Positions 51,945 through 62,588 of a stretch of 64,000 nucleotides of DNA are shown here, in pieces (position 1 is the stretch's first letter; each line of letters begins with the position of its first letter). Location: NCBI GenBank assembly GCA_963783575.1, contig CAWAOD010000009.1, positions 352,001 through 416,000 of the forward strand. The letters run 5' to 3'. The notes below the pieces were generated by a model. The model saw only the letters and a list, made by a program, of their open reading frames with translations, was not told where the DNA came from and did no database searches. The position numbers and the translations under genes were made by a program. This DNA is from an uncultured Spirochaetota bacterium (GTDB taxonomy: Bacteria; Spirochaetota; Brevinematia; Brevinematales; JAOACQ01).

Positions 51945-53338
51945 TTATACTCTTTTCCATACAACCCCATCTTTGGTGTCCCTTATCTCAACTCCTCCGG
52001 AAAGCAGTTTTGCCCTGATCTCGTCAGCCCTTTTGTAATCCTTATTAAGTTTCGCTTTCGTTCTTTCTTCGATAAATTTTTTTTCTTCTTTAGATAATTC
52101 ATCCATTTTTTTGTCTATTACAAATCCCAGCACGGAATCTATATTATCAATAAAATCAAGGGTCTCACTTGCGTTTTCCTGCGTGATTGAATCCCATCTT
52201 TCATAATAAAGATTAATAATTTCAAAAATTGCGGCAATTGCTTCGGCAATATTCAAATCTTCATCCATTGAGGCTTCGAACTTTTCAGAGAGTCCCCGGA
52301 ACTTATTTGATACTACAATGTCTTTTTTACCATTTTTTTTATTGTTTTTTAATGCGAAAACAAACTCATCCAGCCTTTTTAAGGAAGAATCAGCCTGCTT
52401 CAAAAGATCGAATGAAAAATTCAATATTTTTCTGTAATGTGTTGTAAGCAGGGCATATCTCAGGGAACGCGGCGAAAATCCTTTTTCAATTAAATCCTGA
52501 AGCGTAAAGTAATTTCCCTTTGATTTCGACATCTTCTCACCGTTTACTATTAAAAATTCATTATGAATCCAATAATTTACAAATTTTTTCCCTGTCGCGG
52601 CCTCGCTCTGCGCTATTTCGTTAGTATGATGCGGGAAGATCAAATCCACTCCGCCCGAATGAATGTCAAGCGTTTCACCCAGGTATTTCATGTCATTGCC
52701 GAGCATTCGATATGCCATCCCGGCCTTCCGGCGCCGAATGGGGCTTCCCATTTTACATCGCCGTCTGCCGTGTCCCATTTTTTCCACAGGGCAAAATCAG
52801 CAATGTTTTCCTTCGTATATTCGTCGCTTGCATGCCTTCCCCCAGCCCCGGCTTTAAGTGAATCATGCTCCAGATTGGCCAGTTCACCATAGTTTTTAAA
52901 AGCCGAAATTTTAAAGTAAATCCCGTCGCCGGTTTCATATGCAAAGCCTTTATCCAGAAGAGTCCGGATAAGCGAGGTCATTTCCGGTATGTGATCCGTT
53001 GCCGCCGGATAATGTTCCGCCGGACGGATATTGAGTATCATGAGGCCTTCAAAGTAAATTTTTTTGTAAAAATCAGTATATTCTTGGATATTTTTATTCT
53101 GCTTGATAGAATTCGAAATTATTTTATCATCAACATCCGTCAGGTTCATAATGTGATGGACATTTAAGCCCCTATACTTCAGCCATCGGCAAAGCAGGTC
53201 GGTAACCAGCGGAGGCCTGTAATTCCCGATATGAGGATAATTGTAAACAGTTGGACCACATGTATAGATTGACACCTCCCCGGGTTTTATAGGAATAAAA
53301 TCTTCCAGCCTTCTGGATAATGTATTGTAAATCCGCAT
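51945..53338 (-). CDS. cysS: Cysteine-tRNA ligase, split by an apparent 1-bp deletion near 52692
   Basis: CGPTVY, HIGN, GRPGWHIECSAM | MKYLG...GGVDLIFPHH, KMSKS motifs. Confidence 0.92.
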
Positions 53339-53515
53339 AACCGCTCAATCCTCCAATTATATAATAAAATCCGATTTATTTTAAAGAATCAAATATAGGC
53401 AGTTCCATTGGATAAAAAGTGTAGTTTAAAGAAGGTTTTTGAACTGACCATATTATAATATGAAACTTGATTATAATAAAATTTTTATAATTCCTGAGTT
53501 ATGATTGAAATTTTG

Positions 53516-53630
53516 CAATTATCTGTAGCTAATTTTCAATTATCTGTAGCTAATTTTCAATTATCTGTAGCTAATTTTCAATTATCTGTAGCTAATTTTC
53601 AATTATCTGTAGCTAATTTTGCAATTATCT
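53516..53630. repeat. 21-bp tandem repeat (caattatctgtagctaatttt) x5 plus a partial unit
   Basis: Five perfect units at 53516-53620, with no spacers. Confidence 0.95.
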
Positions 53631-53686
53631 TGGTCATTATCTAAAATCTATTATTCTTAAATTCAATTTTTTATCCGGATAATGTC

Positions 53687-54511
53687 ATGAATTTAATAAA
53701 TAAGAACCTTAAGCCGGGGAAATGGAAAGTCGAAGCCAAACGGATGGCAGCCGGCATCAGGCGGAATGTGCTTGAGCAGACTATCAATAATAACTGCGGT
53801 TACTTGAGCCAGGCCTGCTCTTCAGCAGAAATTATTGCCACCCTTTTTGTGAAAATTGTAAAGTTTGATAGTGACCGTTTTTTCTTTTCTTCCAGGCACT
53901 ATGGACAGGTAATTTACAACGCTGTTCTTGAGGCCGGAATAATAAATAAAGATTCTTTTGATCCGTTCGGGAAATCGAGTTCCGGTATTGAAACTGCCTC
54001 TTATGGAAATATACGGGAGATAGCTGATTTTACAGGGAAATTATATAAGGATTTAGGCCAGGCTTGTGGCGTAGCTATGATCCGGAAGCTTAAAGGCGAA
54101 AATGGACGGGTAATTCTTTTTATGCATAGCGGGGAATTCGGGAATGGGGAAACCTGGGATTCAGTTCAAACTATGGCTTTTCACAACCTTGAAAATATGC
54201 TCATTTTCATAGATATGAACGGTTATCAAATTAAAGATAATAATACATCAGCAGTAGATATAGAATCGCTTGAAATAAAGCTTGCTTCGTTTGGCGCAAA
54301 GGTCTACCGTATTTATGGTCATAATTTGAATATTTTAGCGGAAACGGCTGAATATTCGCCGGAAGGCAGGCCTGTATTTGTCATTGCCGATACCGATCCC
54401 TGTCATGGACTTGATATGCTGCGTTCAAGGTATCCTGATTTTCATTATTTTTGTTTCAATAATGAAGATGAAAAGAATTTGTACCGCAATCTGCTTAAGC
54501 ATTTTAAGTGA
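53687..54511 (+). CDS. Transketolase N-terminal subunit-like protein (degenerate)
   Basis: GYLSQACSSAEI, GE...GETW, ID.NGYQ and GHN motifs. Confidence 0.75.
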   Translation: MNLINKNLKPGKWKVEAKRMAAGIRRNVLEQTINNNCGYLSQACSSAEIIATLFVKIVKFDSDRFFFSSRHYGQVIYNAVLEAGIINKDSFDPFGKSSSGIETASYGNIREIADFTGKLYKDLGQACGVAMIRKLKGENGRVILFMHSGEFGNGETWDSVQTMAFHNLENMLIFIDMNGYQIKDNNTSAVDIESLEIKLASFGAKVYRIYGHNLNILAETAEYSPEGRPVFVIADTDPCHGLDMLRSRYPDFHYFCFNNEDEKNLYRNLLKHFK

Positions 54512-55482
54512 GTATGCTTATGGAAACCTTTCCTATGACATATGCCGTTAATCTGCTGGATTGGGCAAGAGATAAACCGGAAGTAGTCGTATTATCTTAT
54601 GGAATAAATGGTTTTAAGGAAACCGGTCTTTTCAGCAAGGAATATCCGGATCGTTTTCTCGAACTTAAAATCACCGGGAAAAATTTGATTTCGATTGCCT
54701 ATGGTATTGCCGGAGAAGGATATATTCCAATTATTCATACCTCAACGAATATAATATTCCACAATGCATTTGGGGAGCTGGCGGCATCCGCCGCCGGTTC
54801 AAAAGTACCGTTAAGAATAATTGGTTTCCCTCCCGATAATGGCGGCTCCAAAGAGGCGGAATTTGATATTTCAGTAATACGGACAATACCGGATATGACT
54901 GTGATCGAATGCTGCGATGCTACCGATATTGAGTGTGTTCTGCATGTCGCTCATACGGTTAAAGGCCCAGTATACATAAGAATGATCTCCGGCGATATTC
55001 CAAGGCTCTTTCCAAGAAATATTCCGATGTGCATCGGTGAACCGCGTTTTCTATCAGAAGGCAATGATATAGCTGTCTTTTCCTGCGGTATCTGCACGGG
55101 TGAAGCTATGACGGCTGTCAATGAACTTAAAAAAACCGGGATATTTGCATTTCATCTGCACATCAGCACATTGAAGCCTTTTCCAGCAGACAATGATCAG
55201 AAAAAGAAATTGCTTGATATTATAAATAATGTAAAATATGGAGTAATTACAGTTGAAAATCATCCCATAACCGGCGGTCTTGGAAGTATTGTCGCCGAAT
55301 TAATGGCAGAATCAGGTATTGGTAAAAGACTTTACAGGTTAGGTTTACCTGATGTTTTTATCAATAATTCCGGCAGTAGGAATTTAATAAAACAATATGG
55401 GCTTGATGCCATCTCGATCATACGTCTGATTGAAAAGATTCTTCATACCACGCTTGGAATCGATGGGGATGATCTGAAGTGA
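54508..55482 (+). CDS. Transketolase C-terminal subunit-like protein (degenerate)
   Basis: YPDRF, GPVYIR, STLKPF, TVENH..GGLGS motifs. Confidence 0.8.
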   Translation: MSMLMETFPMTYAVNLLDWARDKPEVVVLSYGINGFKETGLFSKEYPDRFLELKITGKNLISIAYGIAGEGYIPIIHTSTNIIFHNAFGELAASAAGSKVPLRIIGFPPDNGGSKEAEFDISVIRTIPDMTVIECCDATDIECVLHVAHTVKGPVYIRMISGDIPRLFPRNIPMCIGEPRFLSEGNDIAVFSCGICTGEAMTAVNELKKTGIFAFHLHISTLKPFPADNDQKKKLLDIINNVKYGVITVENHPITGGLGSIVAELMAESGIGKRLYRLGLPDVFINNSGSRNLIKQYGLDAISIIRLIEKILHTTLGIDGDDLK

Positions 55483-55553
55483 GTACTAGGCATGGATAAA
55501 TTGAGAGGAATTATGATCGGATTAAGCCTTACACTTGTTAAAAGGGGAAGGTT

Positions 55554-57152
55554 ATGAGTGAAGAGGAATTGAAGCAAAAAATTATTGATCTGGAAAAAGA
55601 CTTAACTGAAAAGAACAATTATATTGTTCATCTTGAAAAAATGAATAATGCTTACAGCATCCTTTCAGATATGTTCAATAATGAATTAAAGGAAGCTGAC
55701 CGTATATTAAAGGCACAGGAAATTTTGCAGGATTTAATGATCAAGGAAAGAATTGAAGCTGATCAAACAATCAAAGCTCATGAAAATCTTGAATTATTGA
55801 CAACCTATGAAAAAATCCAGGCTGACCAGATAATTAAGGCTCATGAAAACCTTGAAGAATACAGCATACAGGAAAAAATAGAAATGGACCGTATGTTAAA
55901 AGCACAGGAAATTACAAATAAGTTATCAATGGAGGAACTGGTAGAAAGAGACAAGGCTCTTTCTCATATTCTGGAAGTTAATAAGAACATAAGTATGTTT
56001 CTTGAAGAGAATATTTTACTGAAGAATATATTGTATAGTCTTGCCGGCATTGTCCATGCTCAAAGAGGGATTTTATTCCTCAGGGAAAAAAATCTATTAA
56101 TTCCAAGACTTCTTTTAAATATGAGCAGGGATGAATTAAAAAAGGATTATTTTCTGGATTCTTTTAAAATAATAAAGGATACTATCCAGAAAAGAAAAAG
56201 CTGTCTGGTTGTTAATCAAAAAATAGAGCTGCAGGATGATAATACAATCACCAATCAGCCTGTCAATATTTCTATAATCAGCTCCCCCCTTATTTATAAA
56301 GACAATATCCTAGGAATTTTATATATTGATATTCTGTCAAATTCAGAAAATTTCAAAGAGCGTGACCTTTCCCTAGTTGAAATTTTCTGTTCGCAAGCTT
56401 CTATTTCTATTAATAATTCGATTTTATACAAAGAAATTAAAAAAAAGAACAATCAGCTTTTAAAATTGATCAATTTCCGGGATCAATTTATTATGCACCT
56501 CTCCGATGATTTGAGCCGTCCTCTGGTAAATATCCGCGATCAGCTTGAAAAAGCCATTAACGATAAAAAAGACGACCCTGATGAAAGGAACGGCTTAATT
56601 GCCCTTACGGTATCTAAACTTAGCAGGATTCAGAATACCATATCTAAAGTATTGACGACAATATCGCTGGAAGAGGAAGTGGAAAGGTTATTTAAAGATA
56701 ATATTAATTTTAATGAGACCATTTCGCATATATTTAATAAGCATAACAGCGTCATTAAACAAAAAAATTTAACCATCTCAATAAAAATGCAGCCGGAATT
56801 CAATTCTTTCAAAGCCAATAGCCTGGTTATTAAAGTAATTCTTGATGAATTGATAAGTAACGCCGTTTATTATAACAGACCCGGGGGAAAGATCGATATA
56901 ATAGGCGAGGTTAATGATCAATATTTATCGATTGATATTATTGATACCGGTTACGGGATAAAAAATGAAGATATTGATAAAATATTCGAAAAATTTTACA
57001 GAACAGCAAATTCTGCATATTTGAACGAAAACGGCGCAGGGCTTGGATTATTTATGGTGAAAGAATCAATCAGGCATTATGGAGGAAAAATCTCGGTTAG
57101 CAGCGTTTATCAGGAAGGAAGCAAATTCACCATAAGTTTTTTAATGCATTAA
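55554..57152 (+). CDS. GAF-domain histidine kinase-like protein with N-terminal 21-aa repeats
   Basis: GAF (PLIY..ILGILYID...F), HATPase (SNAVYY, DTGYGI, FYR, GAGLGL). Confidence 0.85.
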   Translation: MSEEELKQKIIDLEKDLTEKNNYIVHLEKMNNAYSILSDMFNNELKEADRILKAQEILQDLMIKERIEADQTIKAHENLELLTTYEKIQADQIIKAHENLEEYSIQEKIEMDRMLKAQEITNKLSMEELVERDKALSHILEVNKNISMFLEENILLKNILYSLAGIVHAQRGILFLREKNLLIPRLLLNMSRDELKKDYFLDSFKIIKDTIQKRKSCLVVNQKIELQDDNTITNQPVNISIISSPLIYKDNILGILYIDILSNSENFKERDLSLVEIFCSQASISINNSILYKEIKKKNNQLLKLINFRDQFIMHLSDDLSRPLVNIRDQLEKAINDKKDDPDERNGLIALTVSKLSRIQNTISKVLTTISLEEEVERLFKDNINFNETISHIFNKHNSVIKQKNLTISIKMQPEFNSFKANSLVIKVILDELISNAVYYNRPGGKIDIIGEVNDQYLSIDIIDTGYGIKNEDIDKIFEKFYRTANSAYLNENGAGLGLFMVKESIRHYGGKISVSSVYQEGSKFTISFLMH

Positions 57153-57253
57153 CAAGCGTTCCGCTTGACCGTTATGAAAATCAATGCAAGATATATCATT
57201 AATTGAATACTGTTCAAGGCTATTAATATATGGATCCAGCATCATACTGCCAT

Positions 57254-58024
57254 TTAATTTAATAAAAAATTTTTAGCATTATTCAGCTCTTCTTCGCTTA
57301 ATGGCAGTAATCCCGAATCCCGCGGCGGTTTATTGATAGTAAGGATGTCTATTCTTTCAGGGGCTAATTTTTTATAGCATGCCTTTAATGCCGTTAGTTC
57401 TTCCAAAGAAGAATTATTAATTCTTCCCTTTACAAGCATTGTCTGGATTGTCTTATTCCTGAGGCCGCGAGCCGCCTCAAGCCATTCCCGCAGATTTACG
57501 TCGAACCCCGGCCTTGCTATTTTTTTCCATGTTTCATTAACTCCGGAATCAAGTTTAAGGCAGGGCCTGTCGGTCTTTTCCAGCGCTTTTTGAAATTCAA
57601 TGTGATTTGAATTAATTACAGGCAGAAGTCCCATACCATTGGTTAAAACAGTGATTTTTGTTTCTTTAATATCTTTATTGCTTAAACAGCCGTTTCTCAA
57701 CTCGATAAGAGATTCAATTATCCCGGGAAAATCAGGATTATCCGTCGGTTCGCCGTTTCCGGCTATTGTCCAGTCTGCAATATTATTAAGGTGGTATTCA
57801 AGAAGTCTTTTGATCAAAGCGATTTTAACCATTTCGGCATCAGGTAAACTGTTTATAATTTCTTTTTGATAACCATTACCCTGGTTTCCGCCGCGAAAAC
57901 AGTATGGGCAGTTAAACGAACAGTATTTACCGTTTCCGGAGATGTTTATTCCCAGGGATAGACCGAACCGCCTGGATTGAACCGGACCATATATAATTCC
58001 CGAAACAAGATTCTGGTTAATCAT
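57254..58024 (-). CDS. Radical SAM protein
   Basis: YGPVQSRRFGLSLGIN, CSFNCPYC, GNGEPT and LKLDSG motifs. Confidence 0.88.
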   Translation of the reverse strand: MINQNLVSGIIYGPVQSRRFGLSLGINISGNGKYCSFNCPYCFRGGNQGNGYQKEIINSLPDAEMVKIALIKRLLEYHLNNIADWTIAGNGEPTDNPDFPGIIESLIELRNGCLSNKDIKETKITVLTNGMGLLPVINSNHIEFQKALEKTDRPCLKLDSGVNETWKKIARPGFDVNLREWLEAARGLRNKTIQTMLVKGRINNSSLEELTALKACYKKLAPERIDILTINKPPRDSGLLPLSEEELNNAKNFLLN

Positions 58025-58034
58025 TTTTCCACCT

Positions 58035-58754
58035 CTATCTTTTTAAAATATATATCACCCAGGGGGAAATTTCAGTTTCTTTAATCCAGTTATATGGTTC
58101 ATTTGATCTCCCAAGTGGCCTGTAAGTTTCCTCCAATTCAAGCCCGGATTTCCGGAATAATTCCAGGTAATCGTTATGGAACCAGATAACATCCTCCACC
58201 GGTCTTTTATCCTCAACATCTTTCATAATAACCCTTACTTTATCCCCGCTTTTTGCTTTTTTATTTTCGGGAAAATCTATTGTGGAGAAGGATGCCCATT
58301 CATTACAGTAACTTTCCGGCGTTGAGTCAAGAAGCAGAATCATACCGCCATTATTAATTAAATTCCCAAGACCATTTAATATTTTGATCCTATTTTCCCT
58401 GCCTGGTATATTATCGAAAGTAAAAATCGACGTTACCAGATCAAAACCATTTATTTCAAATTGACTGTAATCACCGTCGCTTATTTGATAATATTCGCCG
58501 GAAGGATCAATTTTTCTGGCTTTATTAATCATTTCCGGAGAAATATCGATACCGGCCGCATCAAAACCTGATCTTTTAATAAACCTTGTCGATCTTCCCG
58601 CCCCGCAGCCGAAATCTATCGCTTTTCTTCCCCTGGCATGTTTTTGCAAAATTTCGGGAATGTCTCTGTAAGCCAGATAATAGGTATTAGGAAATTCAAG
58701 TTTTGAGTAAGAATCGGCTCGGAATGGGTCTTCATAGACATTGGAAAAATTCAT
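58035..58754 (-). CDS. Class I SAM-dependent methyltransferase
   Basis: IDFGCGAGRS, GIDIS. Confidence 0.88.
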   Translation of the reverse strand: MNFSNVYEDPFRADSYSKLEFPNTYYLAYRDIPEILQKHARGRKAIDFGCGAGRSTRFIKRSGFDAAGIDISPEMINKARKIDPSGEYYQISDGDYSQFEINGFDLVTSIFTFDNIPGRENRIKILNGLGNLINNGGMILLLDSTPESYCNEWASFSTIDFPENKKAKSGDKVRVIMKDVEDKRPVEDVIWFHNDYLELFRKSGLELEETYRPLGRSNEPYNWIKETEISPWVIYILKR

Positions 58755-58768
58755 AATTAACACTCCTT

Positions 58769-59533
58769 TTACCATTTTTTCATTGCTTTCAACATTTCTT
58801 TGTAAATTTCCGGTAAAACGGAATTTAAATAATTCACACCGGCTTCGCTCGAACCTCCCGGGTGGGCCACCCTTTGAACTATTTCAATGGAATCTATTTT
58901 ATCAAGTTCCTGAAGATGTATTGTCCCCAGAACCGTTTCCATCATCAATTTGCGGCAAAATTCAATGCCGAAGTCATGCCGCCTGCCGAGGGTATCGGCA
59001 AACAATTCAAGCATAGTCGAGTATAAGGCCGGGCCGCAGCTCGAAATTGCAGAATATAAGTGCAGGTCTTCACCGGAAACTTCATGGATGGTTCCGGTCA
59101 GTCTTAAAATATCATTAATAATTTGCCTGTCACTTTCACTCAGATTTGAAGCGTAATGAATAATGGTAGCGCCAAAACCGGCGGCCATGTTGACATTTGG
59201 AAGGCATTCGGCCCATCGCGGCGTGTAGCCGGCAAGGGGAACGCCTGTTGTACAGCTTACAATAACTGGCAGCCGCCTGCCTATAATGCCTGAGTTGCGT
59301 TCCAGAACTTCCTGTGCATCACTGCCTTTTGTCCAGAGAAATATTATATCGCAAAGCTCGAATATTTCGGTTTCGGAATCGCGAAGACTCAAACTGCCCG
59401 CCTGTCTGACTGCAGTCTTGCCTTTTTCTTTATCGCGGCTGAAACCATAGATTAATTCCACTTTTTTCGACCTGTCAAGGCCGCGCGCCAGTGCCAGCCC
59501 CAGCCTTCCAAGCCCGATAATTCCAATCTGCAT
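58769..59533 (-). CDS. Pyrroline-5-carboxylate reductase family protein (ProC/ComER-like)
   Basis: GIIGLGRLG, LPN, SSCGPA and VAHPGG motifs. Confidence 0.8.
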   Translation of the reverse strand: MQIGIIGLGRLGLALARGLDRSKKVELIYGFSRDKEKGKTAVRQAGSLSLRDSETEIFELCDIIFLWTKGSDAQEVLERNSGIIGRRLPVIVSCTTGVPLAGYTPRWAECLPNVNMAAGFGATIIHYASNLSESDRQIINDILRLTGTIHEVSGEDLHLYSAISSCGPALYSTMLELFADTLGRRHDFGIEFCRKLMMETVLGTIHLQELDKIDSIEIVQRVAHPGGSSEAGVNYLNSVLPEIYKEMLKAMKKW

Positions 59534-59555
59534 AATTTAAACCTCTTGTTTAAAT

Positions 59556-59996
59556 TTATCTTTGAGGACGCGGGTTCCTTATTTCCATCCACTTTTCGGG
59601 GTTCTGAACCGGTTTAAACCCGGATTTCGAGTATAAATAATGGGCGTCGGATGTTATCAACAGCCATTGGTAAATATCTTTCATTCCGGGATGGTTCAGG
59701 ATAAAATCTATCATGCCTTTTCCAATCCCTTTTTCCCTGTGTTTCTCATCCACATAAACATCCAGAATATACGCGAAACGGATTTTATCGGATATCACCC
59801 TTGAATAGCCGGTCTGCAAACCTTCCTGTGTAAACGCCCCCACAACCAGTGCCGAGTTTTCGGCGCCTTTAACAACTTCTTCCCTGCCGATGCCCTTACT
59901 CCAGTATGCTTCTTTAAGCATTTCGGTGATTCGTTCGAAATCCATTTTTTTTATTTCATCGCCTATTATGTATCCTGAATTTAATTTTATTTCCAT
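59556..59996 (-). CDS. GNAT N-acetyltransferase
   Basis: YW, RVISD, DVYV..HR.KGIG and AH.LY.K.GF motifs. Confidence 0.9.
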   Translation of the reverse strand: MEIKLNSGYIIGDEIKKMDFERITEMLKEAYWSKGIGREEVVKGAENSALVVGAFTQEGLQTGYSRVISDKIRFAYILDVYVDEKHREKGIGKGMIDFILNHPGMKDIYQWLLITSDAHYLYSKSGFKPVQNPEKWMEIRNPRPQR

Positions 59997-60009
59997 AAAT
60001 GCACTCCTT

Positions 60010-61548
60010 CTAGTACAAAAAATCACCCAATCCGCTGAGACCCGGTTCACCCGGCGTTCCTTTAAGCAGATCCTTAACGGCCGCCGCCAAAAGTTCTATA
60101 CCTTCAACGATTTGATGCACCTCAAGAGACCCGTAAGCAAGCCTGAATCCGTTTGTGAAACGGTGATCAACATCCATCTGAGGCCCGGGAATGATTACAA
60201 CGCCTTTCTCGATCGCCAGTAAATAAAGCGTAATGCTTGAGTAGCCTGACGGCATTTCCACCCATAACTGGAAACCGCCGTTTGGTATTGTCCACGAAAC
60301 GCCGGCGGGCATGTTCTTTTTTAGAGCCTGATGCGTGGCATCCATCCTGATTTTGTAATGTTCCCTTGCCCTGATAATATGTTCACCATATTTCCCGGTA
60401 GCCAGCGATGCAAGAGCAATACCCTGCATCAGCGGAGGACAGGCAATGTCCATTGCCCTTTTTAATCCTATGAGTGAATTAATTCTATCTTTTCCGGTAA
60501 TAAGCCATCCGATCCGCAGTCCGCAAATGAATGATTTTGATAATGACCCGACAACAATTGAATTATCCTTCCCGTAATTCGATAAAATACTGACAGGCGC
60601 TTCTCCTTCAATTCTAAGATCATGGTAAATCTCATCAGCAATCAATAAGATTTTATTCTCTTTTGCCCAATTGACAAAAATTTTCATCCGTTCAACAGAT
60701 ATGTCAGTACCCATCGGATTATGCATTTCGGGACAAAAGTATAATAAAGAATTACGGTTATTTGAAACTGCTTTAAGCTTTTCAGGAATTGGTCCATACC
60801 TGTCCCTCGGGATTGTCTCAACCCAATGCCCGATCGCGCCGAAAGCGTTTGGAACACCCTGGTAGCAGGGCGATTCACAGATTGTTCTGTAATTATTCTC
60901 AAGTGCATACTGAGCGATCAATGAAATCGCCTGCTGAGATCCGCTTGTAATCAATATCTCTTCCGGTGATATATCAACGCCTTCACTTTTGTATTTTTGA
61001 GAGATTATTTCCCTTAATTCAAGCATGCCCATGGGATCGCCGTAATCCTGGTACATAGCCTGGTCTCTTTTCAGCGCTTCAAGAGTCATCTCAGAGAGTA
61101 AACCCGGCTGAAGAATGGAGATATCCGGAACACCCTGGGAAAATTGGATCAGGCCGGGACGCCTGGATAAAACCTGAAGAGCCTCAAGGCTCTTTGCCGC
61201 TCCCATCCGGAGCCTCCTAGCGGCGATAGTTAGTTCAGGATCGAAAGGTTCGAGGGGCGATCTCAGTAATAAGGTATCCTTGATATTACGGTTGGCGGAA
61301 TTATCGGAAGGATCGGTTACAAAAGAACCCCTGCCGACATGAGAAGCCATATAACCCGCTTCGATCAAATCCTCAAACGCCCTGAGAATTGTGGTTTGAG
61401 TGACCCCAAGCTGTTTGGAAAAAACAGCGACAGCCGGCAGACGGCTCCCGGCATCAAGTTTATTATCTTTAATTGCCTTGATTATGCCGTCACGTATTTG
61501 AGCATACAGCGGAATATCCGATTCCCTGTCAAGCCGGATATCAAACAT
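60010..61548 (-). CDS. MocR/GntR-family PLP-dependent transcriptional regulator
   Basis: PLYAQI...RLP wHTH; ITSGSQQA, HNPMG, ADEIY and SLSK..GLRIG motifs. Confidence 0.92.
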   Translation of the reverse strand: MFDIRLDRESDIPLYAQIRDGIIKAIKDNKLDAGSRLPAVAVFSKQLGVTQTTILRAFEDLIEAGYMASHVGRGSFVTDPSDNSANRNIKDTLLLRSPLEPFDPELTIAARRLRMGAAKSLEALQVLSRRPGLIQFSQGVPDISILQPGLLSEMTLEALKRDQAMYQDYGDPMGMLELREIISQKYKSEGVDISPEEILITSGSQQAISLIAQYALENNYRTICESPCYQGVPNAFGAIGHWVETIPRDRYGPIPEKLKAVSNNRNSLLYFCPEMHNPMGTDISVERMKIFVNWAKENKILLIADEIYHDLRIEGEAPVSILSNYGKDNSIVVGSLSKSFICGLRIGWLITGKDRINSLIGLKRAMDIACPPLMQGIALASLATGKYGEHIIRAREHYKIRMDATHQALKKNMPAGVSWTIPNGGFQLWVEMPSGYSSITLYLLAIEKGVVIIPGPQMDVDHRFTNGFRLAYGSLEVHQIVEGIELLAAAVKDLLKGTPGEPGLSGLGDFLY

Positions 61549-61715
61549 AAAATTTCTCCTGAATATTATTACAGTAATATTACCATAATAATATAGTATT
61601 GTCAAGATAAAAAAATGTTTTTTTGAATTTAATCTTAAGTCATGATATAATAGCAGCAAAAAGCAGGCTGCGGCCCCCAGGATAATGTTTTCACAATGTT
61701 GGAAAGAGGTAAATT

Positions 61716-62588
61716 ATGATCAGACATTTCGTTTTACTTAAAGCAATATTGCTATTCATTGTATTTTTCTCAGTAGCCGCCTGCACAAAGGACGGCGGTA
61801 AGATTTTACCCATGAAAACATATCCGGTTACAAGCATCCCCGACGGTGAGTTTCTTCATTACGGCGTTTACTCCGGCGGTGAAAAGAATATGAACTATTA
61901 TTATGTTAAAAAAAAAGAAACAAACGAAAGCGACGGAATTTGTTACCGGGTACATTATGATATAATTTCCGAGCCTGCCGGTAAAAGACTACCTGAAAAT
62001 TATGCCGATTGGCCGGTTATTGTGCTGATTGATCCTGCCCGCGGACAGACCATTGAATCGACAGGAAATTTGAATACCAATATCCTGAAGGATTTTGGAA
62101 ATCTGGGTGTCGGGGGACTCATTTACTGGAACTATAAATTGAACCGTGAGAAGGGTGAAATAAGGTATGTTTCAAAATCAATAAATGATATCTCGACAAA
62201 CACGAAAAATTACAGGATTAATATTAATACAACTTACCCGATAATGGATATGATATCACAGGACTTTATTACCTATCGCCTGATAGATCCGAAAAGCCCG
62301 GGGATCATTTATTTTGTAATGCCGGATTTTATGAAAGACCCTTTATCAATTTCGCTCAGGTTGGGTAAAAAGGAAACCGTAAAAGTCAAAGCGGGGACTT
62401 TCAGTGTTAATGAGGTAATTATGATCGCGGCCGACAGGTTTATAGCAAAACTGGCGGAGCCTTTCCTGAAAAATTCAAGCTACTGGGTCGAGGATTCGGA
62501 CAGAAGACTGATTGTTAAAGGACAGGGGCTGGGAGAGGATATTCAGCTTGAGGAAATCTCAAATGTAAATATAGGACGAAATAAATGA
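61716..62588 (+). CDS. Hypothetical lipoprotein
   Basis: VAAC lipobox; KETVKVKAGTF motif. Confidence 0.7.
   Translation: MIRHFVLLKAILLFIVFFSVAACTKDGGKILPMKTYPVTSIPDGEFLHYGVYSGGEKNMNYYYVKKKETNESDGICYRVHYDIISEPAGKRLPENYADWPVIVLIDPARGQTIESTGNLNTNILKDFGNLGVGGLIYWNYKLNREKGEIRYVSKSINDISTNTKNYRININTTYPIMDMISQDFITYRLIDPKSPGIIYFVMPDFMKDPLSISLRLGKKETVKVKAGTFSVNEVIMIAADRFIAKLAEPFLKNSSYWVEDSDRRLIVKGQGLGEDIQLEEISNVNIGRNK

Noticed and set aside
53516..53630. Possible CRISPR array
   Set aside because: Units are contiguous with no spacers, and there are no cas genes in the window.
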